The notes: generated by a model not told the origin, from the sequence alone. 64,000 nucleotides of DNA from Betaproteobacteria bacterium HGW-Betaproteobacteria-7 (GCA_002840765.1 PHCE01000004.1:71959-135958); one strand, 5' to 3'; shown: positions 26,615 through 38,942, counted from the stretch's first letter. Program-made: numbers and translations.

Positions 26615-27388
26615 ATGCCAAAGTTCGCCGCCAACCTGAGTTTTCTGTTTACCGAGCTGCCATTTGCCGAACGTTTCCAGCGCGCCGCGGCGGCCGGTTT
26701 TGCCGGCGTCGAATATCTGTTTCCCTACGCTTGGCCGGCGGGCGAGATTGCTGGCTGGCTGGCTGAAGCCGGTGTCGAGCAGGTGCTGTTCAATCTGCCG
26801 CCGGGCGACTGGGGGGCTGGCGAGCGCGGTTTGGCCTGTTTGCCGGCGCGGCGCGGCGAGTTCGCCGAAAGCGTTGAACAGGCACTCGATTACGCACTGC
26901 AGCTCGATTGCCGGCGCCTGCACTGCATGGCCGGGCTGCGGCCGGCCGGCGTCAGCGAGAGCGAACTGGACGCCACTTACATCGCCAACCTGCGCCATGC
27001 CGCCGAGCGCCTGGCGACGATCGGCGCCACGGTGACCATCGAGCCGATCAACAGCCGCATCGACATGCCCGGCTACTGGCTCGACGACATTGGCCAGGCG
27101 CTACGCCTGCTCGATGCCATCGGCTGCGACAACGTCAAGTTGCAACTCGACCTGTACCACGCCCAGATCATTCAGGGCGACCTGGCGCGCACGCTCGAAG
27201 CCAACATCGAGCGCATTGCCCACATCCAGGTTGCCGATAACCCCGGGCGGCACGAGCCGGGCACCGGCGAGATCCACTATCCCTATTTGTTCGCGCTGCT
27301 TGATCGGCTTGGCTACACCGGCTGGGTCGGCTGCGAGTACAAGCCGCTGACCACGACCGAGGCCGGCCTCGGCTGGCTACGCCCATGA
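26615..27388 (+). CDS. hyi: Hydroxypyruvate isomerase
   Basis: Start at MPKFAANLSFLFTELPF. TIM-barrel xylose-isomerase-like family; EPIN and HIQVAD motifs. Confidence 0.9.
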   Translation: MPKFAANLSFLFTELPFAERFQRAAAAGFAGVEYLFPYAWPAGEIAGWLAEAGVEQVLFNLPPGDWGAGERGLACLPARRGEFAESVEQALDYALQLDCRRLHCMAGLRPAGVSESELDATYIANLRHAAERLATIGATVTIEPINSRIDMPGYWLDDIGQALRLLDAIGCDNVKLQLDLYHAQIIQGDLARTLEANIERIAHIQVADNPGRHEPGTGEIHYPYLFALLDRLGYTGWVGCEYKPLTTTEAGLGWLRP

Positions 27389-28625
27389 TGAATCCGCGCG
27401 AGATCCTGCGGCGACTGTTCGATGCCGCCATCGCCGCCGCCGACCCGGCCCGCTGCGTGCCGGCGCACCTGCCCGCGGACGATGGCGGGCGGCTGGTCGT
27501 CATCGGCGCCGGCAAGGCTTCGGCGGCGATGGCGCGGGCCGTCGAGGAGCACTGGTCGGGGCCGCTCGACGGCCTGGTCGTCACCCGCTACGGCCATGGC
27601 GTGCCGTGTTCGCGCATCGAGATCGTCGAGGCCGCGCACCCGGTGCCGGACGCAGCCGGCGAAATGGCGGCGCAGCGCATCCTGGAGAAAGTGCAGGGGC
27701 TGTCGGCGAGCGATCGCGTGCTGGCGCTGATTTCCGGCGGCGGCTCGGCGTTGCTGGCGGCACCGGCTGCAGGCGTCACGCTGGCCGAGAAGCGGGCGCT
27801 GACCGCGGCGCTGCTCAAATGCGGTGCGGCCATCGGTGAAATCAACTGCGTGCGCAAGCATCTGTCGGCGATCAAGGGTGGCCGGCTGGCCGCGGCTGCC
27901 TGGCCGGCGCCGGTGCTGACGCTGGCCATTTCCGACGTGCCCGGCGACGACCCGGCGGTAATCGCTTCTGGCCCGACGGTTGCTGATCCGACGACTTGTG
28001 CGGAGGCACTGGCCATTCTCGACCGCTACGGCATCGCCATCGACGATGGACTGCGCTACCGGCTGGCGGCCGGCGAACTGGAAACGCCGAAACCCGGCGA
28101 TCCACGCCTGGCCGCCAGTGAGTTCCGTCTGATCGCCAGCCCGCGGCAGATGCTCGAAGCGGCCGCCGAAGACGCGCGCCGGTTGGGCCTAACGCCGCTG
28201 ATCCTCGGCGACGCTATCGAAGGCGAAGCGCGCACGGTGGCCGAGGATATGGCCCGCCAGGCGCTGGCCAGCCGCGGGCAAAAATCTTGTGTGCTGCTCT
28301 CCGGCGGCGAGACGACGGTGACGGTGCGCGGCAACGGCCGCGGCGGGCGCAATACGGAATTCCTGCTCGCCCTGGCCCAGGCTCTCGCCGGTGCGCCTGG
28401 CATCCACGCGCTGGCTGCCGACACCGATGGCATCGACGGCAGTGAGGATAATGCCGGTGCCTTCATCGGGCCGGATAGCCTGCAACGGGCGCAGGCGCTG
28501 GGTCTCGATGCCGCCGCCCATCTGGCCAGCAACGATGCCTGGGGCTACTTTGCCGGCCTCGACGACCTGCTGGTGACCGGGCCGACGCGGACCAACGTCA
28601 ACGACTTCCGGGCGATCCTGCTGGC

Positions 28626-28629
<4 letters not shown>
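27385..28629 (+). CDS. Glycerate 2-kinase / hydroxypyruvate reductase family protein (MOFRL, TtuD-like)
   Basis: 414 aa. ATGA overlap with hyi. Motifs: VVIGAGKASAAMA, LISGGGSALL, LLSGGETTVTVRGNGRGGRN. Confidence 0.85.
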
Positions 28630-29903
<1,274 letters not shown>

Positions 29904-30053
29904 GCGCTGCTTCTCCTTTGATTTGCCGGGAGTATTTGCGTTTTTGGCGGTGCATTATAGGTGCCGTACCGGCGATGCTGGCGCGATTTTTCGGACGCAA
30001 GCCCGATTTTCCATGGCTGTGTGGCGTCCCGGCCATCGGTTTACAATGCGACG

Positions 30054-31535
30054 ATGAATCCACCCGAACCCAGCTTCGCCACCGACCGCGCCAAGCTGCT
30101 GCGCCGCCTGCAGCTGATCCTGCCCGCACATTGCCTGCTCAGCGCCGAAGAGGATCTGCGCCCCTACGAATGCGACGGCCTCACCGCCTACCGCGAGTTG
30201 CCGCTGGCCGTTTGCCTGCCGGAAACCGAAGGTCAGGTCATCGACGTGCTGCGCAACTGCCACCAGATGGGTGTGCCGGTGGTCGCCCGCGGCGCCGGCA
30301 CCGGCCTGTCCGGCGGCGCGATGCCGCATGCCGAGGGTGTCGTGCTGTCGCTGGCGCGCTTCAACAAGATCCTGCGCGTTGATCGCGCGGCGCGGCTGGC
30401 CGTCGTCCAGCCCGGCGTGCGCAACCTGGCGGTGTCCGAGGCGGCGGCACCGTTCGGCCTCTATTACGCGCCCGATCCCTCGTCGCAGATCGCCTGCACG
30501 CTGGGCGGCAACGTTGCCGAAAACTCGGGCGGTGTGCATTGCCTGAAATATGGTCTGACGGTGCACAACGTGCTGCGCCTGCGCGTCGTCAGCATCGAGG
30601 GGGAAGTCTTCGAGATCGGCGGCGAAGGGCCGGATGCGCCGGGCTACGACCTGCTGGCGCTGCTCATCGGTTCCGAAGGCATGCTCGGCGTGGTCACCGA
30701 AGTCACCGTCAAGCTGGTGCCCAAGCCGGAGCTGGCGCAGGTGGTGATGGCTTCCTTCGCCGATGTCGCCCAGGCGGGCGATGCGGTGGCGGCGATCATC
30801 GCCGCCGGCATCATTCTGGCCGGTCTGGAGATGATGGACAAGGCGGCGACTGCCGCTGTCGAACCTTTCGTCAAGGCTGGCTATGACCTCAAAGCTGCGG
30901 CCATCCTGCTCTGCGAGTCGGACGGCACGCCGGAGGAAGTGGCCGAGGAAATCGCCCGTGTCACCGCCGTACTCACCGAGGCCGGCGCCGGCGAAGTCCG
31001 CGTCTCGCGCACGGAGGCCGAGCGCCTGCGTTTCTGGGCCGGGCGCAAGGCGGCCTTCCCGGCGGTCGGCCGGATCACGCCGGACTATTACTGCATGGAC
31101 GGAACGATCCCGCGCAAGCGCCTGGCCGAGATGCTCTCGGCCATTGCCGAAATGGAGCACAAATACGGTCTGCGCTGCGCCAACGTCTTCCACGCCGGCG
31201 ACGGCAACCTGCATCCGCTGATCATGTACGACGCCGCCAAGCCGGGCGAGTGGCGCTGGGCCGAGGCTTTCGGCGCCGAAATCCTGGAGCTGTCGGTGGC
31301 GCTCGGCGGCTCGATCACCGGCGAACACGGCGTCGGCATCGAGAAGATCAACCAGATGTGCGTGCAGTTCTCAACGCCCGAGCTAGATGCCTTCCGCCGG
31401 GTCAAGGCGGCCTTCGACGAAAACGGCCTGCTCAATCCCGGCAAGGCCGTGCCCAGCCTGCACCGCTGCGCCGAATACGGACGCATGCACGTGCATCAAG
31501 GCGACCTCAAATTCCCCGAACTGGAACGTTTCTGA
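30054..31535 (+). CDS. glcD: Glycolate oxidase subunit GlcD (FAD-linked oxidase)
   Basis: Start at MNPPEPSF. PYECDGLTAYR and VVARGAGTGLSGGAMP align with my recollection of E. coli GlcD. Confidence 0.9.
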   Translation: MNPPEPSFATDRAKLLRRLQLILPAHCLLSAEEDLRPYECDGLTAYRELPLAVCLPETEGQVIDVLRNCHQMGVPVVARGAGTGLSGGAMPHAEGVVLSLARFNKILRVDRAARLAVVQPGVRNLAVSEAAAPFGLYYAPDPSSQIACTLGGNVAENSGGVHCLKYGLTVHNVLRLRVVSIEGEVFEIGGEGPDAPGYDLLALLIGSEGMLGVVTEVTVKLVPKPELAQVVMASFADVAQAGDAVAAIIAAGIILAGLEMMDKAATAAVEPFVKAGYDLKAAAILLCESDGTPEEVAEEIARVTAVLTEAGAGEVRVSRTEAERLRFWAGRKAAFPAVGRITPDYYCMDGTIPRKRLAEMLSAIAEMEHKYGLRCANVFHAGDGNLHPLIMYDAAKPGEWRWAEAFGAEILELSVALGGSITGEHGVGIEKINQMCVQFSTPELDAFRRVKAAFDENGLLNPGKAVPSLHRCAEYGRMHVHQGDLKFPELERF

Positions 31536-32590
31536 TGCAGCTTGACGAGATTGTCGCCGCAGTCCGCGCGGCCCATGAGAGCCACTCGCCGTTGCGTCTG
31601 CGCGCTGCCGGCAGCAAGGACTTTTACGGCGGCCTGCTGGCCGGCGAGGTGCTCGACCTCAGCGGCCATTGGGGCATCGTCGCCTACGAGCCGACCGAGC
31701 TCTACGTCACCGCGAAATGCGGTACGCCACTGAGCGAGATCGAGGCGGAGCTGGCCGAGGAAGGGCAGATGCTGGCCTTCGAGCCGCCGCACTTTGCCGG
31801 GGCGACGCTCGGCGGCGCCATCGCCGCCGGTCTATCCGGGCCGCGCCGGCAGCAGGCCGGGGCGGTGCGCGACTTCGTGCTCGGCATCAAGCTGGTCGAT
31901 GGCACGGGGCAGGTGCTGGATTTTGGCGGCCAGGTGATGAAGAACGTTGCTGGCTACGATGTCTCGCGTTTCATCGCCGGCAGCCTGGGCACCCTCGGCG
32001 TGATCGCCGAGGCGACGCTGAAGGTGCTGCCGCGCCCGGTCGCCGAGACGACACTGGAATTTGCCTGCGACGAGGCGGAAGCCGTCCGCCGCCTGAACGA
32101 ATGGGGTGGCCAGCCGCTGCCGGTATCGGCCTCGTTCTGGTTCGAAGGGAGACTGTGGCTGCGCCTGTCCGGCGCCGAGGCGGCCGTTGCCGCGGCCTGC
32201 CGCAAACTCGGCGGCAAGGTGTCGCCGGGAGCTGCGGCCTGGTGGCAGGCGGTCCGCGAACAGACGCACGCCGCCTACGCCGGCCCGACCCTGTGGCGCC
32301 TGGCCCTGCCGTCGACGACGCCGCCGCTGGCCCTCGACGGCCTGCGCGCCATCGAGTGGGGTGGCGGGTTGCGTTGGTATGTCACCGAAGCCGAGCCGGC
32401 CGTGGTACGCGCCGCGGCCACGGCGGCCGGTGGCCATGCCGTGCTCTATCGGGCGCCCGAATCGCTACGCTGCCTGGAAGGCGCCTTCGCGCCGCTGTCG
32501 CCAGCCCTGTTGGCACTGCACCGGCGCCTGAAAAAGGCCTTCGATCCGCGCGGCATCCTCAATCCCGGTCGCTTGTACGCGGAGTTCTGA
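31535..32590 (+). CDS. glcE: Glycolate oxidase FAD-binding subunit GlcE
   Basis: ATGA overlap with glcD. MQLDEIVAAVRAAHESHSPLRLRAAGSKDFYGG; FAD-binding PCMH-type domain. Confidence 0.9.
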   Translation: MQLDEIVAAVRAAHESHSPLRLRAAGSKDFYGGLLAGEVLDLSGHWGIVAYEPTELYVTAKCGTPLSEIEAELAEEGQMLAFEPPHFAGATLGGAIAAGLSGPRRQQAGAVRDFVLGIKLVDGTGQVLDFGGQVMKNVAGYDVSRFIAGSLGTLGVIAEATLKVLPRPVAETTLEFACDEAEAVRRLNEWGGQPLPVSASFWFEGRLWLRLSGAEAAVAAACRKLGGKVSPGAAAWWQAVREQTHAAYAGPTLWRLALPSTTPPLALDGLRAIEWGGGLRWYVTEAEPAVVRAAATAAGGHAVLYRAPESLRCLEGAFAPLSPALLALHRRLKKAFDPRGILNPGRLYAEF

Positions 32591-33840
32591 TGGAGACGAA
32601 ACTTGCCGATTCCATCCGCGATACCCATGCCGGTGAGGTGGCCGGGGAGATCCTGCGCAAATGCGTGCATTGCGGTTTCTGCACCGCCACCTGTCCGACC
32701 TACCAGTTGCTCGGCGACGAGCTGGACGGGCCGCGCGGCCGCATCTACCTGATCAAGCAGGTGCTGGAAGGCAAGGAGGTCACCGAAAAGACCCGCCTGC
32801 ACCTGGATCGTTGCCTGACCTGCCGTTCCTGCGAAACGACCTGCCCCTCGGGTGTCAACTACAGCCATCTGCTCGATATCGGCCGCCAGGTCGTGGAGAG
32901 CAAGCTGAAGCGGCCGCTGCGCGAAGCACTGCCGCGTACGCTGCTCAAGGCGCTGCTGCCGCGGCCGCAACTGTTCGCGCTGGCCGTCGGTCTTGGCCGG
33001 GCGGTGCGCCCGCTGCTGCCGAACAGCCTGGCCGACAAGCTGCCGCGGCAAACCGTCGCGGCCGGGCCGTGGCCGGCCAAGGCCGGGCACACGCGGCGGA
33101 TGCTGGTGCTGGCCGGTTGCGTTCAGCCGGCGCTGGCACCGAACATCAACGCGGCAACGGCGCGCCTGCTCGACCGCCTGGGCATCGAGCTGTTCGTGGA
33201 GGAGAAGGCCGGCTGCTGCGGCGCCGTCCGTCATCACCTGAACGCGGCCGAGCCAGCGCGTGACGACATGCGGCGCAACATCGACGCCTGGTGGCCGCAC
33301 CTCGAAGCCGGCGTCGAGGCCATCGTCGTCACTGCTTCCGGTTGCGGCGTGCAAGTCCGCGACTACGGCCATATCCTGGCCGACGACCCGGCCTACGCCG
33401 AGAAGGCGGCGCGCATCAGTGCTGCCTGTCGCGATCCGGCGGAAATCGTCGCCGGCGAAGGCGAGCGCCTGCGACCGCTGCTCAAGCCGGCGGCGCGCGG
33501 CCGACTGGCTTTCCATTCGCCATGCACATTGCAGCACGGGCTGCAGATCCGCGGCGTCATCGAACAACTGCTCACGGCCGCCGGCTATGAGCTGACGCCG
33601 GTCGCTGACGGCCATTTGTGCTGCGGCTCGGCCGGCACCTACGCGGTGCTGCAGCCGGAACTGGCGCAGCGCCTGCGCAGCAACAAACTGACCGCCCTGC
33701 ATGCCGGCGGCCCGGCCGTGGTGGCGACTGCCAATATCGGCTGTCTGACCCATCTGCAAGCCGGCAGCACGGTGCCGGTGCGGCACTGGGTGGAGTTGAT
33801 TGATGAGGCGATTTTCCATGCGGCCGGAGATGGCGTCTGA
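32590..33840 (+). CDS. glcF: Glycolate oxidase iron-sulfur subunit GlcF
   Basis: ATGA overlap with glcE. Two 4Fe-4S motifs (CVHCGFCTATCP, CLTCRSCETTCP) and C-terminal CCG domains. Confidence 0.9.
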   Translation: METKLADSIRDTHAGEVAGEILRKCVHCGFCTATCPTYQLLGDELDGPRGRIYLIKQVLEGKEVTEKTRLHLDRCLTCRSCETTCPSGVNYSHLLDIGRQVVESKLKRPLREALPRTLLKALLPRPQLFALAVGLGRAVRPLLPNSLADKLPRQTVAAGPWPAKAGHTRRMLVLAGCVQPALAPNINAATARLLDRLGIELFVEEKAGCCGAVRHHLNAAEPARDDMRRNIDAWWPHLEAGVEAIVVTASGCGVQVRDYGHILADDPAYAEKAARISAACRDPAEIVAGEGERLRPLLKPAARGRLAFHSPCTLQHGLQIRGVIEQLLTAAGYELTPVADGHLCCGSAGTYAVLQPELAQRLRSNKLTALHAGGPAVVATANIGCLTHLQAGSTVPVRHWVELIDEAIFHAAGDGV

Positions 33841-33902
33841 TGACGCAGGCGTGAGCGGCGTCTTCGGCTTCGTGATAATCTGTCCGCCGCAAAGGAGGGG
33901 GG

Positions 33903-34703
33903 ATGCCGATAACAATCGATGCCTGTGCGGCACAGCATCAGGGAGATCGCAAGGAACAGCAGGACCGCGTGGCGATCTTGCCGCATTCGCGTCGGCGGGG
34001 CGTCGCCCTGGCAGTCGTTGCCGACGGCATGGGCGGGCACACCGGTGGGGCGCTGGCCGCCGAGCAGGTGATCCATACGTCAAAGAATAATCTCGACCAC
34101 TTCGCGCCGGAAGACGAGAGCCCGCGCTGCATGCTGGAGAACAGCATGCGCGAGGCGCACACGATGATCAAGGCCTCGCGCTTCATGAATGAGAAGGACC
34201 CGCACAGCACGGTCGTCATGCTGCTGCTGCAGCCCGGCAAGGTGACCTGGGCGCATTGCGGCGACAGCCGGCTCTATCATTTCCGCGGTCGCCAGCTGGC
34301 GCATCGTTCGGTCGACCATTCCTACGTCGAGCATCTGGTGGCCACTGGCCGGATCACGCCGGAGCAGGCGCTGACCCACCCGAACCGTAATGTGTTGCTG
34401 ACGTCGCTGGGTGGTCAGGACGAGCCGAAGTTCGATTTTTCCGAGTCCGCCGATCTGGTTGCCGGCGATGCCTTCGTGCTCTGCTCGGATGGTCTCTGGG
34501 CCTATTTCGACGATGCCGAACTGGCAGCCATCATCGCCGACAACTCGGCACGCCAGGCCTGCGAACTGCTGATCAATGCCGCCCGCCAGCGAGCCAAAGG
34601 GGGCGGTGACAACCTGTCGCTGGCCATCGTCAAGCTGGTCGAAGTCGAGGCTCCGGCCAAGCCGGCGCCTCCCCCCGGGTTCGTCGCACGATCAACGGCC
34701 TGA
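33903..34703 (+). CDS. PP2C-family (PPM) Ser/Thr protein phosphatase
   Basis: 266 aa: QGDRKEQQDR, VADGMGGH, LCSDGLW, GGDNLSLAIV. Confidence 0.85.
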   Translation: MPITIDACAAQHQGDRKEQQDRVAILPHSRRRGVALAVVADGMGGHTGGALAAEQVIHTSKNNLDHFAPEDESPRCMLENSMREAHTMIKASRFMNEKDPHSTVVMLLLQPGKVTWAHCGDSRLYHFRGRQLAHRSVDHSYVEHLVATGRITPEQALTHPNRNVLLTSLGGQDEPKFDFSESADLVAGDAFVLCSDGLWAYFDDAELAAIIADNSARQACELLINAARQRAKGGGDNLSLAIVKLVEVEAPAKPAPPPGFVARSTA

Positions 34704-34704
34704 G

Positions 34705-34738
34705 CCAAAAAAAACGCCCGACCGGGCGTTTTTTTTCG
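34705..34738. terminator. Bidirectional intrinsic terminator between the PP2C gene and rhlE
   Basis: An A-run, then the CGCCC / GGGCG stem, then a T-run (AAAAAAAACGCCCGACCGGGCGTTTTTTTT). Confidence 0.8.
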
Positions 34739-34751
34739 GGGTGGCTAGCGG

Positions 34752-36275
34752 CTACTTGCGGCCGAGGCCGCCGAGCAGGGCGGCGACCACCTTGCGCGGC
34801 TTGTGTGGATCAGCCTTGGCCGGGGCCTGCGGTGAATCCGGCACTTCGCCGCGCGGGGTGAGGTCTTCGTAAGGTTTGCTGAAATCGAAACCGTCGGCGG
34901 CGATCATCGGGTTACGCCGCGGCGGGCGCCGATCCTGACGCTCGCTGCGCTCATGCCGCTCCGGTCGTTCCGCGCGTTCGCTGCGTTCCGGACGCTGGGC
35001 GACCGGTGCCTTGACCGGCGGTGCGCTGCGCCGCTTCTTGTTGCCCGGCGGGTATTCGTATTCCGCTTCCGGTTCAAAACCAACGACTTCAACCTGCTCG
35101 ATCGGGCGCTTGATCAGCTTCTCGATATCGACCAGATAGCCGACTTCATGGGCGCTGACCAGCGAGATGGCGTTGCCCAGCTTGCCGGCGCGGCCGGTAC
35201 GGCCGATGCGGTGCACGTAATCTTCCGGTGTGTGCGGCAGTTCGTAATTGATGACGTAGGGCAGATCATCGACGTCGAGGCCGCGGGCGGCTACATCGGT
35301 GGCGATCAAGGCATCGGTCTGGCCGCTCTTGAAGGCTTCGAGCGCCTTGATCCGGTCGAGCTGGCTCTTGTCACCGTGAATGGCATCGGCCTTGATGCCG
35401 GCACGCTGCAGTTCGCGGGTCAGCCGCGAGCAGCCCTGCTTGGTGCGCATGAACACCAGGCACTGGCGGATTTCGCTGGATTTGAGCAACTTGATCAACA
35501 GGCCGCGTTTGCCGAATTCGGAAACCGGATGCACGCGGTGGGTGATGTTTTCCGAGACCTGGTTGCGGCGGGCAACTTCAACCAGCACCGGCGACTTGAG
35601 CATGGTGTCGGCCAGTTTCTTGATCTCTTCCGAGAAGGTGGCCGAGAACAGCAGGCTCTGCCGTTGCTGCGGCAGCATGTTGAGGATGCGCGTGACATCG
35701 GGGATGAAGCCCATGTCGAGCATGCGGTCGGCTTCGTCGAGGACCAGGGCTTGAACGGAGTTGAAGCTGACGCTCTTGTGCTCGATGTGGTCGAGCAGGC
35801 GCCCCGGGGTGGCGACGAGGATTTCGACGCCCTTTTTCAGTTCGGCGATCTGCGGCTTGATATCGACGCCGCCGAAGGCGCACATGGCGCGGATCGGTGT
35901 GTGCTTGCTGTAGGACTTGACGGACTCGAAGACTTGCATCGCCAACTCGCGGGTCGGAGCCAGGATCAGAGCGCGCACCGGATGCTTGGCCGGCGACGGG
36001 CTGCTGCTGGCGAAAGGCAGGATGCGCTGCAGGATGGGCAGGACGAAGGCGGCCGTCTTGCCGGTGCCGGTCTGCGCACCACCCATGATGTCCTTGCCGC
36101 TGATGACCAGCGGGATGGCCTGGGCCTGGATCGGGGTGGGCTTGGTGTAGCCTTCGTCGAGGACGGCGCGCAGCAGTTCTGGTGCGAGGCCGAGATCGGC
36201 AAAGGTGATTTCGGGCGCTGCCTCGGCAGCGGGGACTTCGGCATCGTTGCCGGCTAAGGTATTGATTTCAGACAT
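34752..36275 (-). CDS. rhlE: DEAD-box ATP-dependent RNA helicase (RhlE-like)
   Basis: 507 aa. Q motif, AQTGTGKT, DEAD, SAT and HRIGRTGRAG, plus a basic C-terminal tail. Confidence 0.9.
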   Translation of the reverse strand: MSEINTLAGNDAEVPAAEAAPEITFADLGLAPELLRAVLDEGYTKPTPIQAQAIPLVISGKDIMGGAQTGTGKTAAFVLPILQRILPFASSSPSPAKHPVRALILAPTRELAMQVFESVKSYSKHTPIRAMCAFGGVDIKPQIAELKKGVEILVATPGRLLDHIEHKSVSFNSVQALVLDEADRMLDMGFIPDVTRILNMLPQQRQSLLFSATFSEEIKKLADTMLKSPVLVEVARRNQVSENITHRVHPVSEFGKRGLLIKLLKSSEIRQCLVFMRTKQGCSRLTRELQRAGIKADAIHGDKSQLDRIKALEAFKSGQTDALIATDVAARGLDVDDLPYVINYELPHTPEDYVHRIGRTGRAGKLGNAISLVSAHEVGYLVDIEKLIKRPIEQVEVVGFEPEAEYEYPPGNKKRRSAPPVKAPVAQRPERSERAERPERHERSERQDRRPPRRNPMIAADGFDFSKPYEDLTPRGEVPDSPQAPAKADPHKPRKVVAALLGGLGRK

Positions 36276-36305
36276 GGCGCGGATTATACCCCGGCCGGCA
36301 GCCGT

Positions 36306-38414
36306 TCACGAAGGCGGCCGATCCAGCCAGTGGAGCAGGCGGGCGTAGAGAATGTCGGGGTCGACCGGTTTGCCGATGTGGTCGTTCATGCCAGCGGCCA
36401 GGCAGGCCTGGCGGTCCTCGGTGTAGGCATTGGCGGTCATCGCCAGGATCGGCACGGCGTGGCCGCCAGGCAACTGGCGAATGCGGGCCGTCGCCGTCAG
36501 GCCGTCCATGACCGGCATCTGGATGTCCATCAGGATGGCCGCGTAGGCGTTACGGCTGGCCAGTTCGAGCGCCTCAGCACCGTTGCCGGCGGTGTCGACG
36601 CAGAAGCCGACGGCTTCCAGCAGTTCCACGGCAACTTCAAGATTGATCAGGGTGTCATCGACGACCAGCAGCCGGCTGCCCCCGTGACGTTCGGCCAGCA
36701 GGCTGTCGATCGGCAGATGTGGCGTCTCCGGGAGACTGGTCGCGGCATTCGCCAGCTTGCCGAAACGGGCGGTGAACCAGAAGTTGCTACCAATGCCGGG
36801 CTGGCTGGTGACGCCGGTTTCGCCGCCCATCAGCGCCGCCAGGCGGCGGTTGATGGCCAGGCCGAGGCCGGTGCCGCCATGTTGGCGAGTGGTCGAATTG
36901 TCGGCCTGCTCGAAGGCGTCGAAGATGCGTTCGGCCTCCTCGGGATGCAGGCCGATGCCGCTGTCGTGCACATTGAAACGGACGAACAGGCTGTCCTCGT
37001 CCGCAGTCAGTACTTCGGCGAATACCTTGACTTTGCCGCGCTCGGTGAATTTGATTGCATTGCTGACGTAGTTGATCAGCAGTTGGCCGGTACGTGTCGC
37101 ATCGCCGTGCAACTTGGCTGGCAGGGCGCCGAGGTTGATCTGCAACTGCACTCCTCTGGCCGCAGCCTGTTCGGCAAAGAGGGCTTCGAGGCGTCCGTGC
37201 AGGGCCGCTGTATGGATTTCGCCCAGGTGTAGTTCGAGTTTCCCCGCCTCGATCTTCGACAGGTCGAGGATGTCGTTGAGGATGGACAGCAGGTGGTCGG
37301 CGGCATTGACGATCTTGCCCAGGCGCTCGCCCTGCTCGGGGCGCGGGTTGTTGCGCTGGAGGACGTGGGCGAGGCCGATGACGGCATTCATCGGCGTGCG
37401 GATTTCGTGGCTCATGTTGGCGATGAAGGCGCTCTTCGCCCGGTTCGCCTCCTCGGCGGCTTCCTTCGCCCGGATCAGTTCGTCGGTGCGCAGGCGGACG
37501 ACGGCCTCCAGTTCGTCGCGGTGACGGCGCAGGTCATCCTGGGCAAGTTGCAGCTCGTCGAGCATCTGCTGGCGCTCGCGGGCCAGCCGCGATTGCTCTT
37601 CGAGCGAGCGCAGCAAGAAGTAGAGCAGTCCGGCGAAGGCCGCGGCCAGCAGCCAGCCGGCCAGGCGCCCGAGGCGTTGCGGTAGCGCTGGGCCGGCTTC
37701 GCTGGCAATGGCCATCTGCCAGCTGCCGCCGGGAACGCTGATGTCCATGATCGGCGAGCCGTCGTTGAAAAGCTGCGGGTCGCCATGGAAGACCTCGCCG
37801 TCGGCGCCCAGCGTATCGCGGCCGCGCAAGGCCAGGCGCAGGCCGTCGTTGGTGGTCAGCGGGGTCAGCGATTCGAACAGGCTGTTGGTATCGATGACGG
37901 TGCTGATCAGCCCCCAGTACTTGCCTTCGATAAACACCGGGGTGCGGTAGATCAGCGCTTCGCCACCCTGTACCAGCGTTACCGGGCCGGCCAGAAAGGA
38001 GCGGCGTTCGGCAATGGTGCGCTCGACGGCCGGCCATTGCTGGGGATTGTCCGGGTAATAGAGGCCAACGGCGGCTTCGTTGCCGATTCGCGGCACGATG
38101 TAGCGCAGGCGATTGCCGGGGGCGATGCCGATATTGCGGAAGTGTCGGCCCTGACGGTAGATGAGACCGAGCATGTCGTCGATTTCGCTGTCTTCCAGCT
38201 GGCCCAGGCGGGCGATGATATAGGACTCGATGCCGCTGGCCAGGTAGACGCTGCCGCTAAGTTCCGATTCCAGTACGGCGCGGATCGCCCCGCCCTTGGT
38301 CAGCGTCACGGCCCGTTGTTCACTCTCGGCGCGCAGCGCAATTTCGCGTACGGCCAACTCGCTGAGCGTGCCGAGCATCAGTAACAGGAGCAGCGGGAGG
38401 AACAGGCGCATCAA
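36306..38414 (-). CDS. Hybrid sensor histidine kinase / response regulator with a CHASE-like periplasmic domain
   Basis: 702 aa. Periplasmic domain ([19 protein letters not shown]) between two TM helices. H-box [11 protein letters not shown], HATPase N/G boxes, and a C-terminal receiver (LVVDD..., [14 protein letters not shown]). Confidence 0.9.
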   Translation of the reverse strand: MMRLFLPLLLLLMLGTLSELAVREIALRAESEQRAVTLTKGGAIRAVLESELSGSVYLASGIESYIIARLGQLEDSEIDDMLGLIYRQGRHFRNIGIAPGNRLRYIVPRIGNEAAVGLYYPDNPQQWPAVERTIAERRSFLAGPVTLVQGGEALIYRTPVFIEGKYWGLISTVIDTNSLFESLTPLTTNDGLRLALRGRDTLGADGEVFHGDPQLFNDGSPIMDISVPGGSWQMAIASEAGPALPQRLGRLAGWLLAAAFAGLLYFLLRSLEEQSRLARERQQMLDELQLAQDDLRRHRDELEAVVRLRTDELIRAKEAAEEANRAKSAFIANMSHEIRTPMNAVIGLAHVLQRNNPRPEQGERLGKIVNAADHLLSILNDILDLSKIEAGKLELHLGEIHTAALHGRLEALFAEQAAARGVQLQINLGALPAKLHGDATRTGQLLINYVSNAIKFTERGKVKVFAEVLTADEDSLFVRFNVHDSGIGLHPEEAERIFDAFEQADNSTTRQHGGTGLGLAINRRLAALMGGETGVTSQPGIGSNFWFTARFGKLANAATSLPETPHLPIDSLLAERHGGSRLLVVDDTLINLEVAVELLEAVGFCVDTAGNGAEALELASRNAYAAILMDIQMPVMDGLTATARIRQLPGGHAVPILAMTANAYTEDRQACLAAGMNDHIGKPVDPDILYARLLHWLDRPPS

Positions 38415-38522
38415 GGATTACGCAGTCAGGAGGAGGCTGGGGTGAGCGCGCCGCGGATGCCTGTCAATAGTGCCGTCAATTCCATGGTCATTCTCCGCGG
38501 CGAGGTTGCTGCGGACGGCGGT

Positions 38523-38942
38523 TCATTTGCCTTTGGCTGGTGCTTCCGCAGCGGCCGGCTTGCTTTCCTCTGTCGCTGGCGGCGTGGCGCTCGACGATTC
38601 GTTTGCCGCCTCCGCCGTCAGTGACGGCCTGCGTTTCCTCGCTCCCGGCGGCTCGACCGGCGGCAGTTGCGGCACGATCGTCTCGATCTTGTTCTCGCGC
38701 ATGTATTCGTCCATCTGGCGCCAGCCCGCATAGACGCCGGCTTTGGGCAGCCAGGCGTAAATGGCATAGCAATCCTCGATGGCCCGCCCGGAGTGACGAC
38801 AGGCGCTACCGACCGCCTGTGCCTCTGCTTCCGTTTTGGCCTCCTTGACTGCCGGGTCAACGAGCCCCAGCTTGTTGTTGACCTGTTCGCAACCGGCCAG
38901 GGCCAAGGCGGTGGCGACGATAAGGAAGGCGCGCGTAATCAT
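38523..38942 (-). CDS. Lipoprotein, function unknown
   Basis: 139 aa. Lipobox LALAGC; low-complexity Ala/Glu/Pro-rich tail. Confidence 0.6.
   Translation of the reverse strand: MITRAFLIVATALALAGCEQVNNKLGLVDPAVKEAKTEAEAQAVGSACRHSGRAIEDCYAIYAWLPKAGVYAGWRQMDEYMRENKIETIVPQLPPVEPPGARKRRPSLTAEAANESSSATPPATEESKPAAAEAPAKGK

Noticed and set aside
30042-30047. TACAAT hexamer 6 nt before the glcD ATG, suggesting a leaderless mRNA
   Set aside because: No acceptable -35 element lies at the right spacing, and I have no other support. glcD simply lacks an obvious SD, which is not enough to call a promoter.
31669-33840. 723-aa ORF that seems to span glcE and glcF
   Set aside because: Only the part from the ATG at 32590 (METKLADS...) resembles GlcF. 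The N-terminal 300 aa are an out-of-frame read of glcE, Arg/Gly/Ala-rich and without motifs.
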